A DNA stretch of 35,399 bases from a virus. Position 1 is the first letter of the stretch; every line of letters begins with the position of its first letter. Location of the stretch: IMG/VR virus record IMGVR_UViG_3300017769_000046, positions 1-35,399 of that record; one strand, given 5' to 3'. Shown piece by piece: positions 24,645 through 31,622 of this stretch. The notes below the pieces were generated by a model. The model saw only the letters and a program-made list of their open reading frames with translations, had not been told where the DNA came from and did not search any database. The position numbers were made by a program, and so were the translations under genes.

Positions 24645-24893
24645 GTTATTATATATTTTAGTTTATATTTTAAGGCCTATTTTTTGCCTTGTTTTTCAGT
24701 ACTATAATATAACACTAATTAACTAAAATACAAAATACTAAATACAGTATTTTCAATAATATACACTAAAATGATTATTAATATACACCTTATATTATAC
24801 AAAAAAGCAACTAGCTATATTATATATTAAAATATATTTTTAAAGTATATAATTAGTAAAAATCCATTTTAAGGGTACGTAAAAATTTGGCAT

Positions 24894-24924
24894 AAAAAAA
24901 CCCTACACAACTCAATGTATAGGG
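24894..24924 (-). terminator. rho-independent terminator ending the leftward early operon
   Basis: The minus strand reads CCCTATACA-TTGAGT-TGTGTAGGG (9-bp stem, one G.U pair) followed by TTTTTTT. Confidence 0.8.
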
Positions 24925-24947
24925 CTTATAACTTTAACGGATAATTT

Positions 24948-25163
24948 TTATTTTGGTTCCTTATAAGGGTAATAGGCAACGTCATCACCGTTTGCTAGTC
25001 TTAGAATTGACTCATTAGACAAGGAAACTCTTATAGATTCAAAATTTATATGGCTAGTCAGTTCAATAAATATTTTACCGTCTTTATATATATATTCCAT
25101 TTCCAAAAAATTGAGTCTATTTATACATTTTTCTATGTCATTAATTGTTACTTTCTTATACAT
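24948..25163 (-). CDS. hypothetical protein
   Basis: 71-aa ORF, overlaps the upstream gene and is followed by a terminator. Confidence 0.5.
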   Translation of the reverse strand: MYKKVTINDIEKCINRLNFLEMEYIYKDGKIFIELTSHINFESIRVSLSNESILRLANGDDVAYYPYKEPK

Positions 25164-25435
25164 TTTTTACCCTCTCTTTTTGATTCTTGACTAGGAGTAT
25201 AACTACTAAATACCCACTCCATGTCTTGATGAAGTATTTTTATTTTTTCTTTATGACTCTTAGTTCCATCTTCAATAAGATTTATTAAGAACATCACCGA
25301 ATCAATAGGATCGTCAGATTGCTCGAGCATCCAATTAACGTAAAATAATTTTGTGATTACATCTGGGACACGATCTTTTTTTTCTTTTATATATGGTTGT
25401 ATGAAATGTGATTGTATTTCTGCTTGTATATTCAT
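25148..25435 (-). CDS. hypothetical protein
   Basis: 95-aa ORF in the leftward early operon. Confidence 0.5.
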   Translation of the reverse strand: MNIQAEIQSHFIQPYIKEKKDRVPDVITKLFYVNWMLEQSDDPIDSVMFLINLIEDGTKSHKEKIKILHQDMEWVFSSYTPSQESKREGKKCIRK

Positions 25436-25439
25436 GTTA

Positions 25440-25715
25440 TTAACCTCTTACTGTGTATGTGTTGCCATTTGCTTTCACCTTGGTTAAGGAGTGTGCATTT
25501 ATTGTTCGATACTGTGCCTTATACATATCGAATGCTACTATATACCCATTCTCACTAGGGTTATACGACATGGAACCACCTCTTAAGTGTTTTTTAACAC
25601 CTAATCTAGCTACCATGTTTCTTTGTGTGCCATCCTTTTTTTTGAAGCTAACACTAAATATTGAGTTATTCTGACTTTGTAATAGGTTATATGCTTGTTG
25701 CTTATTGATTGTCAT
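25440..25715 (-). CDS. small beta-barrel protein (DUF2693/WYL_2-like, tentative)
   Basis: 91 aa. IFSVSFKKKDGTQRNMVARLGV... resembles the v.F.KKDG..R.m pattern of that family (from memory). Confidence 0.5.
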   Translation of the reverse strand: MTINKQQAYNLLQSQNNSIFSVSFKKKDGTQRNMVARLGVKKHLRGGSMSYNPSENGYIVAFDMYKAQYRTINAHSLTKVKANGNTYTVRG

Positions 25716-25765
25716 AATTCATCATGTTTTGTTATTGTTATTTTAGAACACAAGTAATATATGAC

Positions 25766-25774
25766 TTATCCACA
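25766..25774 (+). promoter_or_regulatory. perfect DnaA box TTATCCACA
   Basis: Read directly (gacTTATCCACAttaa), in the intergenic region between the O-like replication gene and the next gene. Confidence 0.6.
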
Positions 25775-25805
25775 TTAAAACAAAAAAAAACTTGTCTTGT
25801 TGTTA

Positions 25806-26234
25806 TTAATCCTCGTATTCTCTGTAGTCTATCAAACCACCTAATATAGGAGAAGAATCTTGTCGTGGTTTGTATGTATTGTTATTGTATTGTTGTGTGT
25901 TAAATTTCTTTACCACTTGAGGTAAAATTTCTTTACCATGGGGTAAAATTTCTTTACCCAACATTAGCTTAATTTTGGTGGTTCTGTTGTGTCGTTTTTT
26001 AGTAGAAATCAATCCAATTTTTTCTAGGTTCGATAATGATTTAATGATAGTTGGTTTGCTATAATTAGTCATCCCACAAATTTGAGAAACAGAAATTCTG
26101 TCCTCTGTCTTGTTCCAACCCCAAGTCTTTCTAATGATGGCTAATAGTACTAAAAATTCATTATGACTAAGTTCTTTCATGTACTTATCGAAAATTGAAT
26201 TTGGTATTGGTATAAATCCTTCTTGCTCAAGCAT
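25806..26234 (-). CDS. replication initiator, phage lambda O-like N-terminal (wHTH) domain protein
   Basis: FIPIPNSIFDKYMKELSHNEFLVLLAIIRKTWGWNKTEDRISVSQICGMTNYSKPTIIKSLSNLEKIGLI matches the Phage_rep_O pattern (...RkTyGwnK..d.IS.sQ...TG.s...v..al..L). Only 142 aa. Confidence 0.75.
   Translation of the reverse strand: MLEQEGFIPIPNSIFDKYMKELSHNEFLVLLAIIRKTWGWNKTEDRISVSQICGMTNYSKPTIIKSLSNLEKIGLISTKKRHNRTTKIKLMLGKEILPHGKEILPQVVKKFNTQQYNNNTYKPRQDSSPILGGLIDYREYED
25899..25958. repeat. iterons inside the O-like gene: 2 perfect and 1 imperfect copy of GGTAAAATTTCTTTACC (candidate origin)
   Basis: Perfect copies at 25921-25937 and 25942-25958 (21-bp period) and an imperfect copy, gtTAAATTTCTTTACC, ending at 25914. 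Each unit has inverted arms GGTAAA/TTTACC. They encode GKEILPHGKEILP. Confidence 0.7.
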
Positions 26235-26252
26235 GCATAAAAATTAATTTTG
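26223..26252 (+). promoter_or_regulatory. candidate Bacteroidota-type promoter (TTG-N19-TAATTTTG) for the rightward early operon
   Basis: TTG at 26223-26225, a 19-nt spacer, then TAATTTTG at 26245-26252. This matches the -33 TTG / -7 TAnnTTTG consensus described for Bacteroides and Flavobacterium. Confidence 0.4.
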
Positions 26253-26258
26253 TGATTA

Positions 26259-26267
26259 TGTGGAAAA
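26259..26267 (-). promoter_or_regulatory. DnaA-box-like site (TTTTCCACA, 1 mismatch) at the predicted early transcription start
   Basis: The plus strand reads tgtggaaaa, in the divergent promoter region next to the O-like gene. Confidence 0.35.
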
Positions 26268-26315
26268 CTACTAAATTGGATTCACTTAAACAAAAATTAA
26301 TGGAGGTTGACCAAT

Positions 26316-26576
26316 ATGCCCAAGAATATTTGGAACTATCGAATAATGATAGATGACCATGGTGGTAAAAATAAAGTCACATACAGTGTACATGAAGTAT
26401 ATTATGCCAAAGATGGGTCACCAGAGGACTACACCAAGATGCCCGAAACGATGCTTTCGGATGACTTGGAGGAAATCTTTTGGTGTCTAGAACACTACAT
26501 CAAAGCCTTCGCTTTGCCAATGATAAGTATACCAAACTTTCCTAAGGAGGTACCGTTACATGAAAATTTTCAGTAG
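26316..26576 (+). CDS. hypothetical early protein
   Basis: The track starts at a TTG (26307). The ATG at 26316 is preceded by GGAGG (26302-26306) at a 9-nt spacing. Confidence 0.55.
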   Translation: MPKNIWNYRIMIDDHGGKNKVTYSVHEVYYAKDGSPEDYTKMPETMLSDDLEEIFWCLEHYIKAFALPMISIPNFPKEVPLHENFQ

Positions 26577-27411
26577 TATGTCTAACCATGACTATCATGA
26601 GCATGGATCAGACTATATATCTAGCAGCTTTGTTAAGAGCGTAGCGAAACACTCAATCGCTAAAGCCCTGCAACCAATCGAGGCTAGTCAAGCGCTCATA
26701 TTTGGTGATGCCATGCATACCTACTTTGAGTCCAAGACAGACTTCCATAGTAGGTTCGTTACATTCGATGATAGAGAGGTCATATCTTCGATTAGAGAGG
26801 CTCGACCTGAAATTACGGCTCCTAGTATGACTAAAGAATACAAGGCGTTTAGGAGGGAATTTGAGAAGGGAGTTGATAGTGACCAAACAATCATTTCGTT
26901 GCATGACGTTGAGCGTATCGAGCATATGTTTAATAGCGTAAAGAAGAATAAGGCCGTAGCGGAAATTAATGAACTCTACGAGTACAATGCGATTTGGGAT
27001 GAGTATTCATTCTTTAGTGATGAGTCTTTCCAAAAATTTAGGCCATTAAACTTCAGGGTTCGGCCTGACAAGATGCTCGTCCAAGACGAAAATCCAATGG
27101 CCATCATAGATTGGAAGTCATGTAAGGATGCTAGTAAAAATGCATTTCGTTCTGACTTCTTTCGTTATAGATATGATATACAGGCTACTTTTTATTGTAT
27201 GGTTCTGGGCTTAGAATATTCCGACTTTTATTTTGTTGCAATTGAAAAAGAGTATCCATATAATAGTGCCGTATACACGCTTAGCTATGACACGTATACC
27301 AAGGCAGCAAATGACATGACAACTGCCCTAGTGCAGATAGCCGAATGGAAGGATCACCCCAACGACTCTTCTATAGGTATTTTAAACCAAAACACAATAA
27401 CAGAGTTATAA
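26560..27411 (+). CDS. PD-(D/E)XK exonuclease (DUF3799 / RecE-like exonuclease VIII family)
   Basis: SNHDYHEHGSDYISSSFVKS resembles the N-terminal ..YH....iS.S.lk signature, and IIDWKSCKDAS resembles D-x-K-type core motifs. It is paired with an ERF annealase downstream. Confidence 0.7.
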   Translation: MKIFSSMSNHDYHEHGSDYISSSFVKSVAKHSIAKALQPIEASQALIFGDAMHTYFESKTDFHSRFVTFDDREVISSIREARPEITAPSMTKEYKAFRREFEKGVDSDQTIISLHDVERIEHMFNSVKKNKAVAEINELYEYNAIWDEYSFFSDESFQKFRPLNFRVRPDKMLVQDENPMAIIDWKSCKDASKNAFRSDFFRYRYDIQATFYCMVLGLEYSDFYFVAIEKEYPYNSAVYTLSYDTYTKAANDMTTALVQIAEWKDHPNDSSIGILNQNTITEL

Positions 27412-27412
27412 T

Positions 27413-27616
27413 ATGGACATACTTAAATTCTATATAACATTTACTAGCCACCTTAATTCACAAAGAATGGTGTATGAACAGAAGATAATAAATGAACAAG
27501 ACAAAGAGGCACCTGATTATCATGAGCTGGCTGCATATGAGGCTAAAAAAGAGCAGACAGACGAAATTCACAGAATGTTTCTTGATGACGTAAATAAAAT
27601 ATTAATCCAACAATAA
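27413..27616 (+). CDS. hypothetical acidic protein
   Basis: 67-aa ORF tightly packed between the exonuclease and the annealase. Confidence 0.45.
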   Translation: MDILKFYITFTSHLNSQRMVYEQKIINEQDKEAPDYHELAAYEAKKEQTDEIHRMFLDDVNKILIQQ

Positions 27617-27623
27617 CAGAACT

Positions 27624-28064
27624 ATGAAAAACCTATACACAAAACTATTAGATGTAACTAGCAAAATTGAAAAGCTAGAGAAGGACAAGAAGAACCCATT
27701 CTTTAAGTCATCCTATGTAAGCCTAGACAAGGTGATAGATGTAGTAAGGCCACACCTACTTGCCGAAAAATTATTATTGATACAACCAATCGAGCAGGGT
27801 TGTGTGGGTACAAGGATTATCTGCACTGAGTCCAACAAGTCTATTGATTCATTTATACCACTGCCTGAAAATGTAAAGCCTCAAGACTTAGGTTCTTGTA
27901 TAACTTACTTTCGTAGATATACACTCGTATCACTTTTGGGTCTTTCTCAAGAGGATGACGATGGGAATAAGGCTCATGGCAGGGCTAACCCACCTAAAAA
28001 GAAAGTGCCTGCACGTGCTAGAGACATGAAGGATGCGATGTTAGACGAAAAATTTCCGTTTTGA
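27624..28064 (+). CDS. erf: ERF-family single-strand annealing protein
   Basis: LYTKLLDVTSKIEKLEKDKKNPFFKSSYVSLDKVIDVVRPHLLAEKL... and ITYFRRYTLVSLLGLSQEDDDG fit the ERF pattern (..Y.sL..v......l...gl / Y.rRY.l..l.G....DDD). Confidence 0.7.
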   Translation: MKNLYTKLLDVTSKIEKLEKDKKNPFFKSSYVSLDKVIDVVRPHLLAEKLLLIQPIEQGCVGTRIICTESNKSIDSFIPLPENVKPQDLGSCITYFRRYTLVSLLGLSQEDDDGNKAHGRANPPKKKVPARARDMKDAMLDEKFPF

Positions 28065-28147
28065 TCACCTCCGTAGCAGTAGCCCTCATTATCATTTCGG
28101 TGGTAGTGGGGGCTTCTTTGTCTTATGAAAGAGGGCAATAGAACGCT

Positions 28148-28555
28148 ATGAGCAGAGCCAAGGGTAGGAGAACAATACGTAAAGCTATAGCCTATCTAGA
28201 GGATCAAGGTATGTTGGTAGATGAGGTAGAGATGGGTGGCCGTTACAATTTGTATAAAGACCTGTTTGCAGGGTATTGTACGAAGTGTTGGGTCAAGAAG
28301 TGTGAACACCAAGACAAGTTCCGATTTGAGGGGTTTGATTTAATTGCGCTGTCTGATAAGTGTGTATATTTTATACAGGTAAAAACCAACACACCACCTG
28401 CGAGAAAAAACTATATTCGTTTTGCTAAAAAGTTTGCTAGTAAATATATTAGCGTCTTGTCCATGACTTGGTATGACCGAAGGGGATGGGTGTTTCATAG
28501 GTTTACTAGGCTAGGAGACGTAACTAAAAAAGATTTAAGAAAAAACAATAAATGA
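28148..28555 (+). CDS. Hjc-like PD-(D/E)XK Holliday-junction resolvase (putative)
   Basis: AKGRRTIRKAIAYLEDQGMLV ... GFDLIALSDKCVYFIQVKT has the shape of a D...(E/Q)xK core. It sits in the recombination module. Confidence 0.5.
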   Translation: MSRAKGRRTIRKAIAYLEDQGMLVDEVEMGGRYNLYKDLFAGYCTKCWVKKCEHQDKFRFEGFDLIALSDKCVYFIQVKTNTPPARKNYIRFAKKFASKYISVLSMTWYDRRGWVFHRFTRLGDVTKKDLRKNNK

Positions 28556-28794
28556 GAAGAAAAATGACTCCCAACGAGCAAAGTATAGTAAGATTGATAA
28601 AGAACAGTACAAAGCCAATAACCTATCCCGACATAGAAAAGGTTATGACTTTTGATCCTCGTAAGGAAAAGTATTGGTCTGTATTTTCCACCGTATCTTC
28701 GCTCGTAGAGTCAGGAATAATAACAATAACAAAACATCCTAGCACATATTCATTAACCAAGTATGGTAGGATGAAGTATGAACAGATAACATGA
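28552..28794 (+). CDS. winged-helix DNA-binding protein (putative)
   Basis: 80 aa. ITYPDIEKVM...VSSLVESGIITITKHPSTYSLTKYG looks like a wHTH. ATGA overlaps at both ends. Confidence 0.45.
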   Translation: MRRKMTPNEQSIVRLIKNSTKPITYPDIEKVMTFDPRKEKYWSVFSTVSSLVESGIITITKHPSTYSLTKYGRMKYEQIT

Positions 28795-30029
28795 ACCACT
28801 TACATTTAGAGGAGTGTTTAATTGGCACCCTTTTAAACCACATTGAATATAGAGACTTAATATTTGACATAACCGATAAAGACCATTTCCCAAACAGATA
28901 CCCAATATATCTAGAAGCCTGCAGGCAACATGGTGAGGGAATGCAGTTTGATGCTGAAACTATTAGTGCGAATGTCAAGGAGTATCCATACACTCAAATA
29001 CTTGAGATGCAGATGCATGGGATTCCTAGTGAGCAAAAAATTAAGTCTTATGTATACGCATTAAAGGAGCAGAGAGACCGAAGGTTACTTAGGGACTCTA
29101 TCGCCAAGACATATCACTTCTCTCAGAAGGAGGATATTACTACAGATGACTTGTTAATGCATATATCTAAACTGTCTGATGATACCGATGAAACTGGTGA
29201 CTCAGGAGCCTTAACACCTGCCCAGATATTTGAGCGAGAACTTAATAATCCAATCAAGGAAAAATTAACGACTAATATCTCATTAATAGACAACAATATT
29301 TATAAAGATGTGGGCTTGCATAAGGGTGACATTAACGTAATACTTGCAGACTCTGGTCATGGTAAGACTCAGTTCTCTCTATTTTTAGCATCTCAGTTAT
29401 TGAATAGTGGACACGTTGGCCTATGGTTTCAGATGGAAGATTATGATGTCAATACGGCCAAACAGATTGCCCTAAACGCTATGGATCACTGTGAAAAAAT
29501 GTTTATTGTGGATGATAAGGATGACATAGATGAGATAAAAAGGATATGCAAGCTAGTGAAGCAGGAACATGGCTTAGATTTTGTTGTTATAGACTATATA
29601 CAGGAGGTGTATGCTAAGGGGAGGTTTGATTCTAGAACCCTAGAATTAAACTATGTCACTAAAATCATTAAGCAAATAGCTAAGGAGGTTAATGTTGTGG
29701 TGTTAGTTCCTAGTCAAGTAACTATAAATGATCACGTAAGGAATGGTTGGCAACTAGAGCCTAGGTATAAGGACGCGCAATGGGCGCAAGTTATCAAGAA
29801 TGTGGCTCACTGTATGACCTCAGTATTTAGGCCATCTATGGTTCAATCATTGGTGGTTGATAATGGAATTGGTAAAAAAGTTTCTGGTTGGAGCGAGGAT
29901 CAAAGGTTTGACTACAACAGTGTGTTTGTGAAGATTGTTAAGTCAAGAAGGGGTATGATAACCCACGAAAGAATGCAACTCAACCATAACGGAGACAAAG
30001 GACTTGAGATAGCTAAACAGATGTTTTAG
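28791..30029 (+). CDS. DnaB-like replicative helicase
   Basis: N-terminal LEECLIGTLLNH (DnaB-N-like), Walker A LADSGHGKTQFSL, Walker B FVVIDYIQ, 412 aa. Confidence 0.85.
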   Translation: MNHLHLEECLIGTLLNHIEYRDLIFDITDKDHFPNRYPIYLEACRQHGEGMQFDAETISANVKEYPYTQILEMQMHGIPSEQKIKSYVYALKEQRDRRLLRDSIAKTYHFSQKEDITTDDLLMHISKLSDDTDETGDSGALTPAQIFERELNNPIKEKLTTNISLIDNNIYKDVGLHKGDINVILADSGHGKTQFSLFLASQLLNSGHVGLWFQMEDYDVNTAKQIALNAMDHCEKMFIVDDKDDIDEIKRICKLVKQEHGLDFVVIDYIQEVYAKGRFDSRTLELNYVTKIIKQIAKEVNVVVLVPSQVTINDHVRNGWQLEPRYKDAQWAQVIKNVAHCMTSVFRPSMVQSLVVDNGIGKKVSGWSEDQRFDYNSVFVKIVKSRRGMITHERMQLNHNGDKGLEIAKQMF

Positions 30030-30102
30030 CTTGTTTAAGACGTGTGATGAGCGTATATTTCATCGTTCAATAAAACCTGAATTAAATCATATATATAATA
30101 CT

Positions 30103-30426
30103 ATGGCACTTTTATCAGATGTCTATTTAAAACTAGAAACACTAGAAACATTAGTGGCTGGCCTAAAAGCCAAGCAAAGCAAAGACCCCAAAGTAAAGGG
30201 TATAAATATTACCATAAGCGTTAATGATGAGGTTGATCGGTACGACAACAATGTCAGCGCATGGGTGGCTCAGTCTCAGGAAGAGAGAGCTGCTAAAAAA
30301 GAACGTTTTTATGTTGGGAACGGTGTGTCCTTTTGGACGAATGGGAGCGTATCTTTAGCTAGAGACCTAAAGGAAGGAGCGCCTAGCGCATCGTCTGAAG
30401 AGGTGGGCGCACCTTTACCATTTTAA
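30103..30426 (+). CDS. hypothetical protein with an SSB-like C-terminal tip (...EEVGAPLPF)
   Basis: The track starts at a TTG (30031); the first ATG is at 30103 (MALLSDVYLK...). The C-terminal acidic stretch ending in PLPF resembles the SSB D-D-D-(I/L)-P-F tail. Confidence 0.5.
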   Translation: MALLSDVYLKLETLETLVAGLKAKQSKDPKVKGINITISVNDEVDRYDNNVSAWVAQSQEERAAKKERFYVGNGVSFWTNGSVSLARDLKEGAPSASSEEVGAPLPF

Positions 30427-30490
30427 TGGTGACGAAATAGCGCGTCTCATTTACGAAAAATTAGTTTAATTTTTTTATCATGTTATTGTT

Positions 30491-30522
30491 GAATAGGGAG
30501 TGTGAAAGCCCCTATTCTTTTT
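30491..30522 (+). terminator. rho-independent terminator
   Basis: GAATAGGG-agtgtgaaagc-CCCTATTC followed by TTTTT. Confidence 0.75.
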
Positions 30523-30610
30523 CAGGAAAATCCTGATACCAATCAAAACTGATTTATTTTTATTCTAACCTGTTAATTGTGTTAGTTAGTCGTTTTGATG
30601 ATATTTTGTA

Positions 30611-30636
30611 AAGGGGAGTGATGTCCCCTTTTTTAT
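30611..30636 (+). terminator. rho-independent terminator (second, about 90 nt after the first)
   Basis: AAGGGGA-gtgatg-TCCCCTT followed by TTTTATT. Confidence 0.7.
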
Positions 30637-30695
30637 TGGTATTGATATTCTCAACGTAACTACCTAGATTTTAGTTTTTAACTAATAAAACTGGT

Positions 30696-31112
30696 ATGTA
30701 CTACGATTATTTTAGCACTAAAGAATTTTTGGTTGATAGGGTCATGGTTAATGTTCCGATCCATGTAGTAGACAAGATAGAGAAGTGTCACAAGCCCATA
30801 ATTAACCCTATACGGCACAAGATAGGTCAACCCATACAGGTGTCTCAGAACTCAGGGTATCGCTCGAAAGAATGGGAGTTGTCGCATGGTAGAAGCGGAA
30901 CATCAGAACACACGTTTACTGGGCTTGGGGCGGTAGATTATACGTGCGCAAACCTAGAGTTACTACTAGAGGAACTCAGACACTCTGACTACAAGCGCAT
31001 CTGTTATTATCCTGACCAAAAGTTTATACACTGTGACCATAAAGGGGACAGATACCACGAATTTGAAGTAGACGAGGACGGAAAATGGCAATACAAGGGC
31101 GAAAGAAAATAA
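30696..31112 (+). CDS. endolysin, peptidase M15 family (zinc D,D/L,D-peptidase fold)
   Basis: NSGYRSKEWELSHGRSGTSEHTFTGLGAVD ... KFIHCDH fits the SGYRs...S.H..G.A.D ... f.H.D zinc-ligand pattern. Confidence 0.75.
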   Translation: MYYDYFSTKEFLVDRVMVNVPIHVVDKIEKCHKPIINPIRHKIGQPIQVSQNSGYRSKEWELSHGRSGTSEHTFTGLGAVDYTCANLELLLEELRHSDYKRICYYPDQKFIHCDHKGDRYHEFEVDEDGKWQYKGERK

Positions 31113-31276
31113 AAGCGGTTACGATAGATAACCGTAACGTACCACAGGGCAAGCTGCAAAAGGTTAAAGAAACCAAAGCGCCTAAGGTGATCCGTAAAAA
31201 AAAGGTATTGAGTAGAAGTAGGATCATTGGTATCATGGACTTCACAGTATATTTAATTAACAAAAGAGCCGTAACT

Positions 31277-31465
31277 ATGACTTGGACTTGGTTAAAAGCA
31301 CGACTAAAAGAACCCTCCACCTATCAAGGTGTAACCGCTATAGCTGGAGCCATCGGTGTCAGCATTCAGCCTGACCTATATGAATCTATCGCAGCGCTGA
31401 TGGTTGCAATTATTGGTGTAATTCAAACTATTAAAAAAGAGAAAAAAGAGGATGAAAAGCCTTGA
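31277..31465 (+). CDS. holin (class-II-like); the frame is open from 31085 with alternative starts at 31085 and 31235
   Basis: MTWTWLKARLKEPSTYQGVTAIAGAIGVSIQPDLYESIAALMVAIIGVIQTIKKEKKEDEKP has two hydrophobic segments and a charged tail, and sits directly after the endolysin. The upstream in-frame part is low-complexity and basic, so it may be non-coding. Confidence 0.6.
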   Translation: MTWTWLKARLKEPSTYQGVTAIAGAIGVSIQPDLYESIAALMVAIIGVIQTIKKEKKEDEKP

Positions 31466-31489
31466 CTAATTGATTAGACTTGGTTAGAT

Positions 31490-31498
31490 TTATCCACA
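31490..31498 (+). promoter_or_regulatory. perfect DnaA box TTATCCACA upstream of the DnaA-domain-IV gene
   Basis: Read directly (gatTTATCCACAgtc), intergenic. Confidence 0.6.
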
Positions 31499-31554
31499 GT
31501 CTTAAGGATAGGGTTTTTTTTAGTAGAATTTTCCCTTATCTGATGCGAGCATCA

Positions 31555-31596
31555 GCCCCCCAGTGCTAGACTGCTTAGTGGGGGGCATTTTTTTTA
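31555..31596 (+). terminator. GC-stem hairpin plus T8 (terminator or leader attenuator)
   Basis: GCCCCCC-(18 nt)-GGGGGGC followed by ATTTTTTTT. It lies between the holin and the ATG at 31623. The track GTG start at 31563 falls inside this hairpin. Confidence 0.65.
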
Positions 31597-31622
31597 TTAA
31601 TACAATAACAAAAAGGATACAT

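Larger units (their letters stand above)
22982..24924 (-). other. AT-rich, terminator-bracketed five-gene cassette (moron-like island)
   Basis: A hand count of one 60-nt line (23341-23400) gives 15 G+C, against 26 G+C in a capsid-gene line (14521-14580). Strong intrinsic terminators lie at both ends. Confidence 0.6.

Noticed and set aside
22966-24850. Recurrent TTTAAAGTATA motif (near 22966, 23018 and 24838) as a phage promoter
   Set aside because: One copy lies between a stop codon and its terminator, which is not a promoter position. The motif is short, and the surrounding DNA is about 75-80% A+T, so chance recurrence is likely.
28065-28147. Possible hydrophobic mini-ORF (..ITSVAVALIIISVVVGASLSYERGQ) or weak hairpin (AGCCC...GGGGCT) between the ERF gene and the resolvase gene
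   Set aside because: There is no ATG in frame (only a TTG), the frame is closed by a TAG just upstream, and the hairpin has a 5-bp stem with a 23-nt loop. The evidence is too weak to call.
26653-31320. Antisense track ORFs 26653..26925(-), 28739..28993(-) and 31024..31320(-)
   Set aside because: Each is embedded antisense in a well-supported plus-strand gene (exonuclease, helicase start, endolysin/holin region) and has no motif support.
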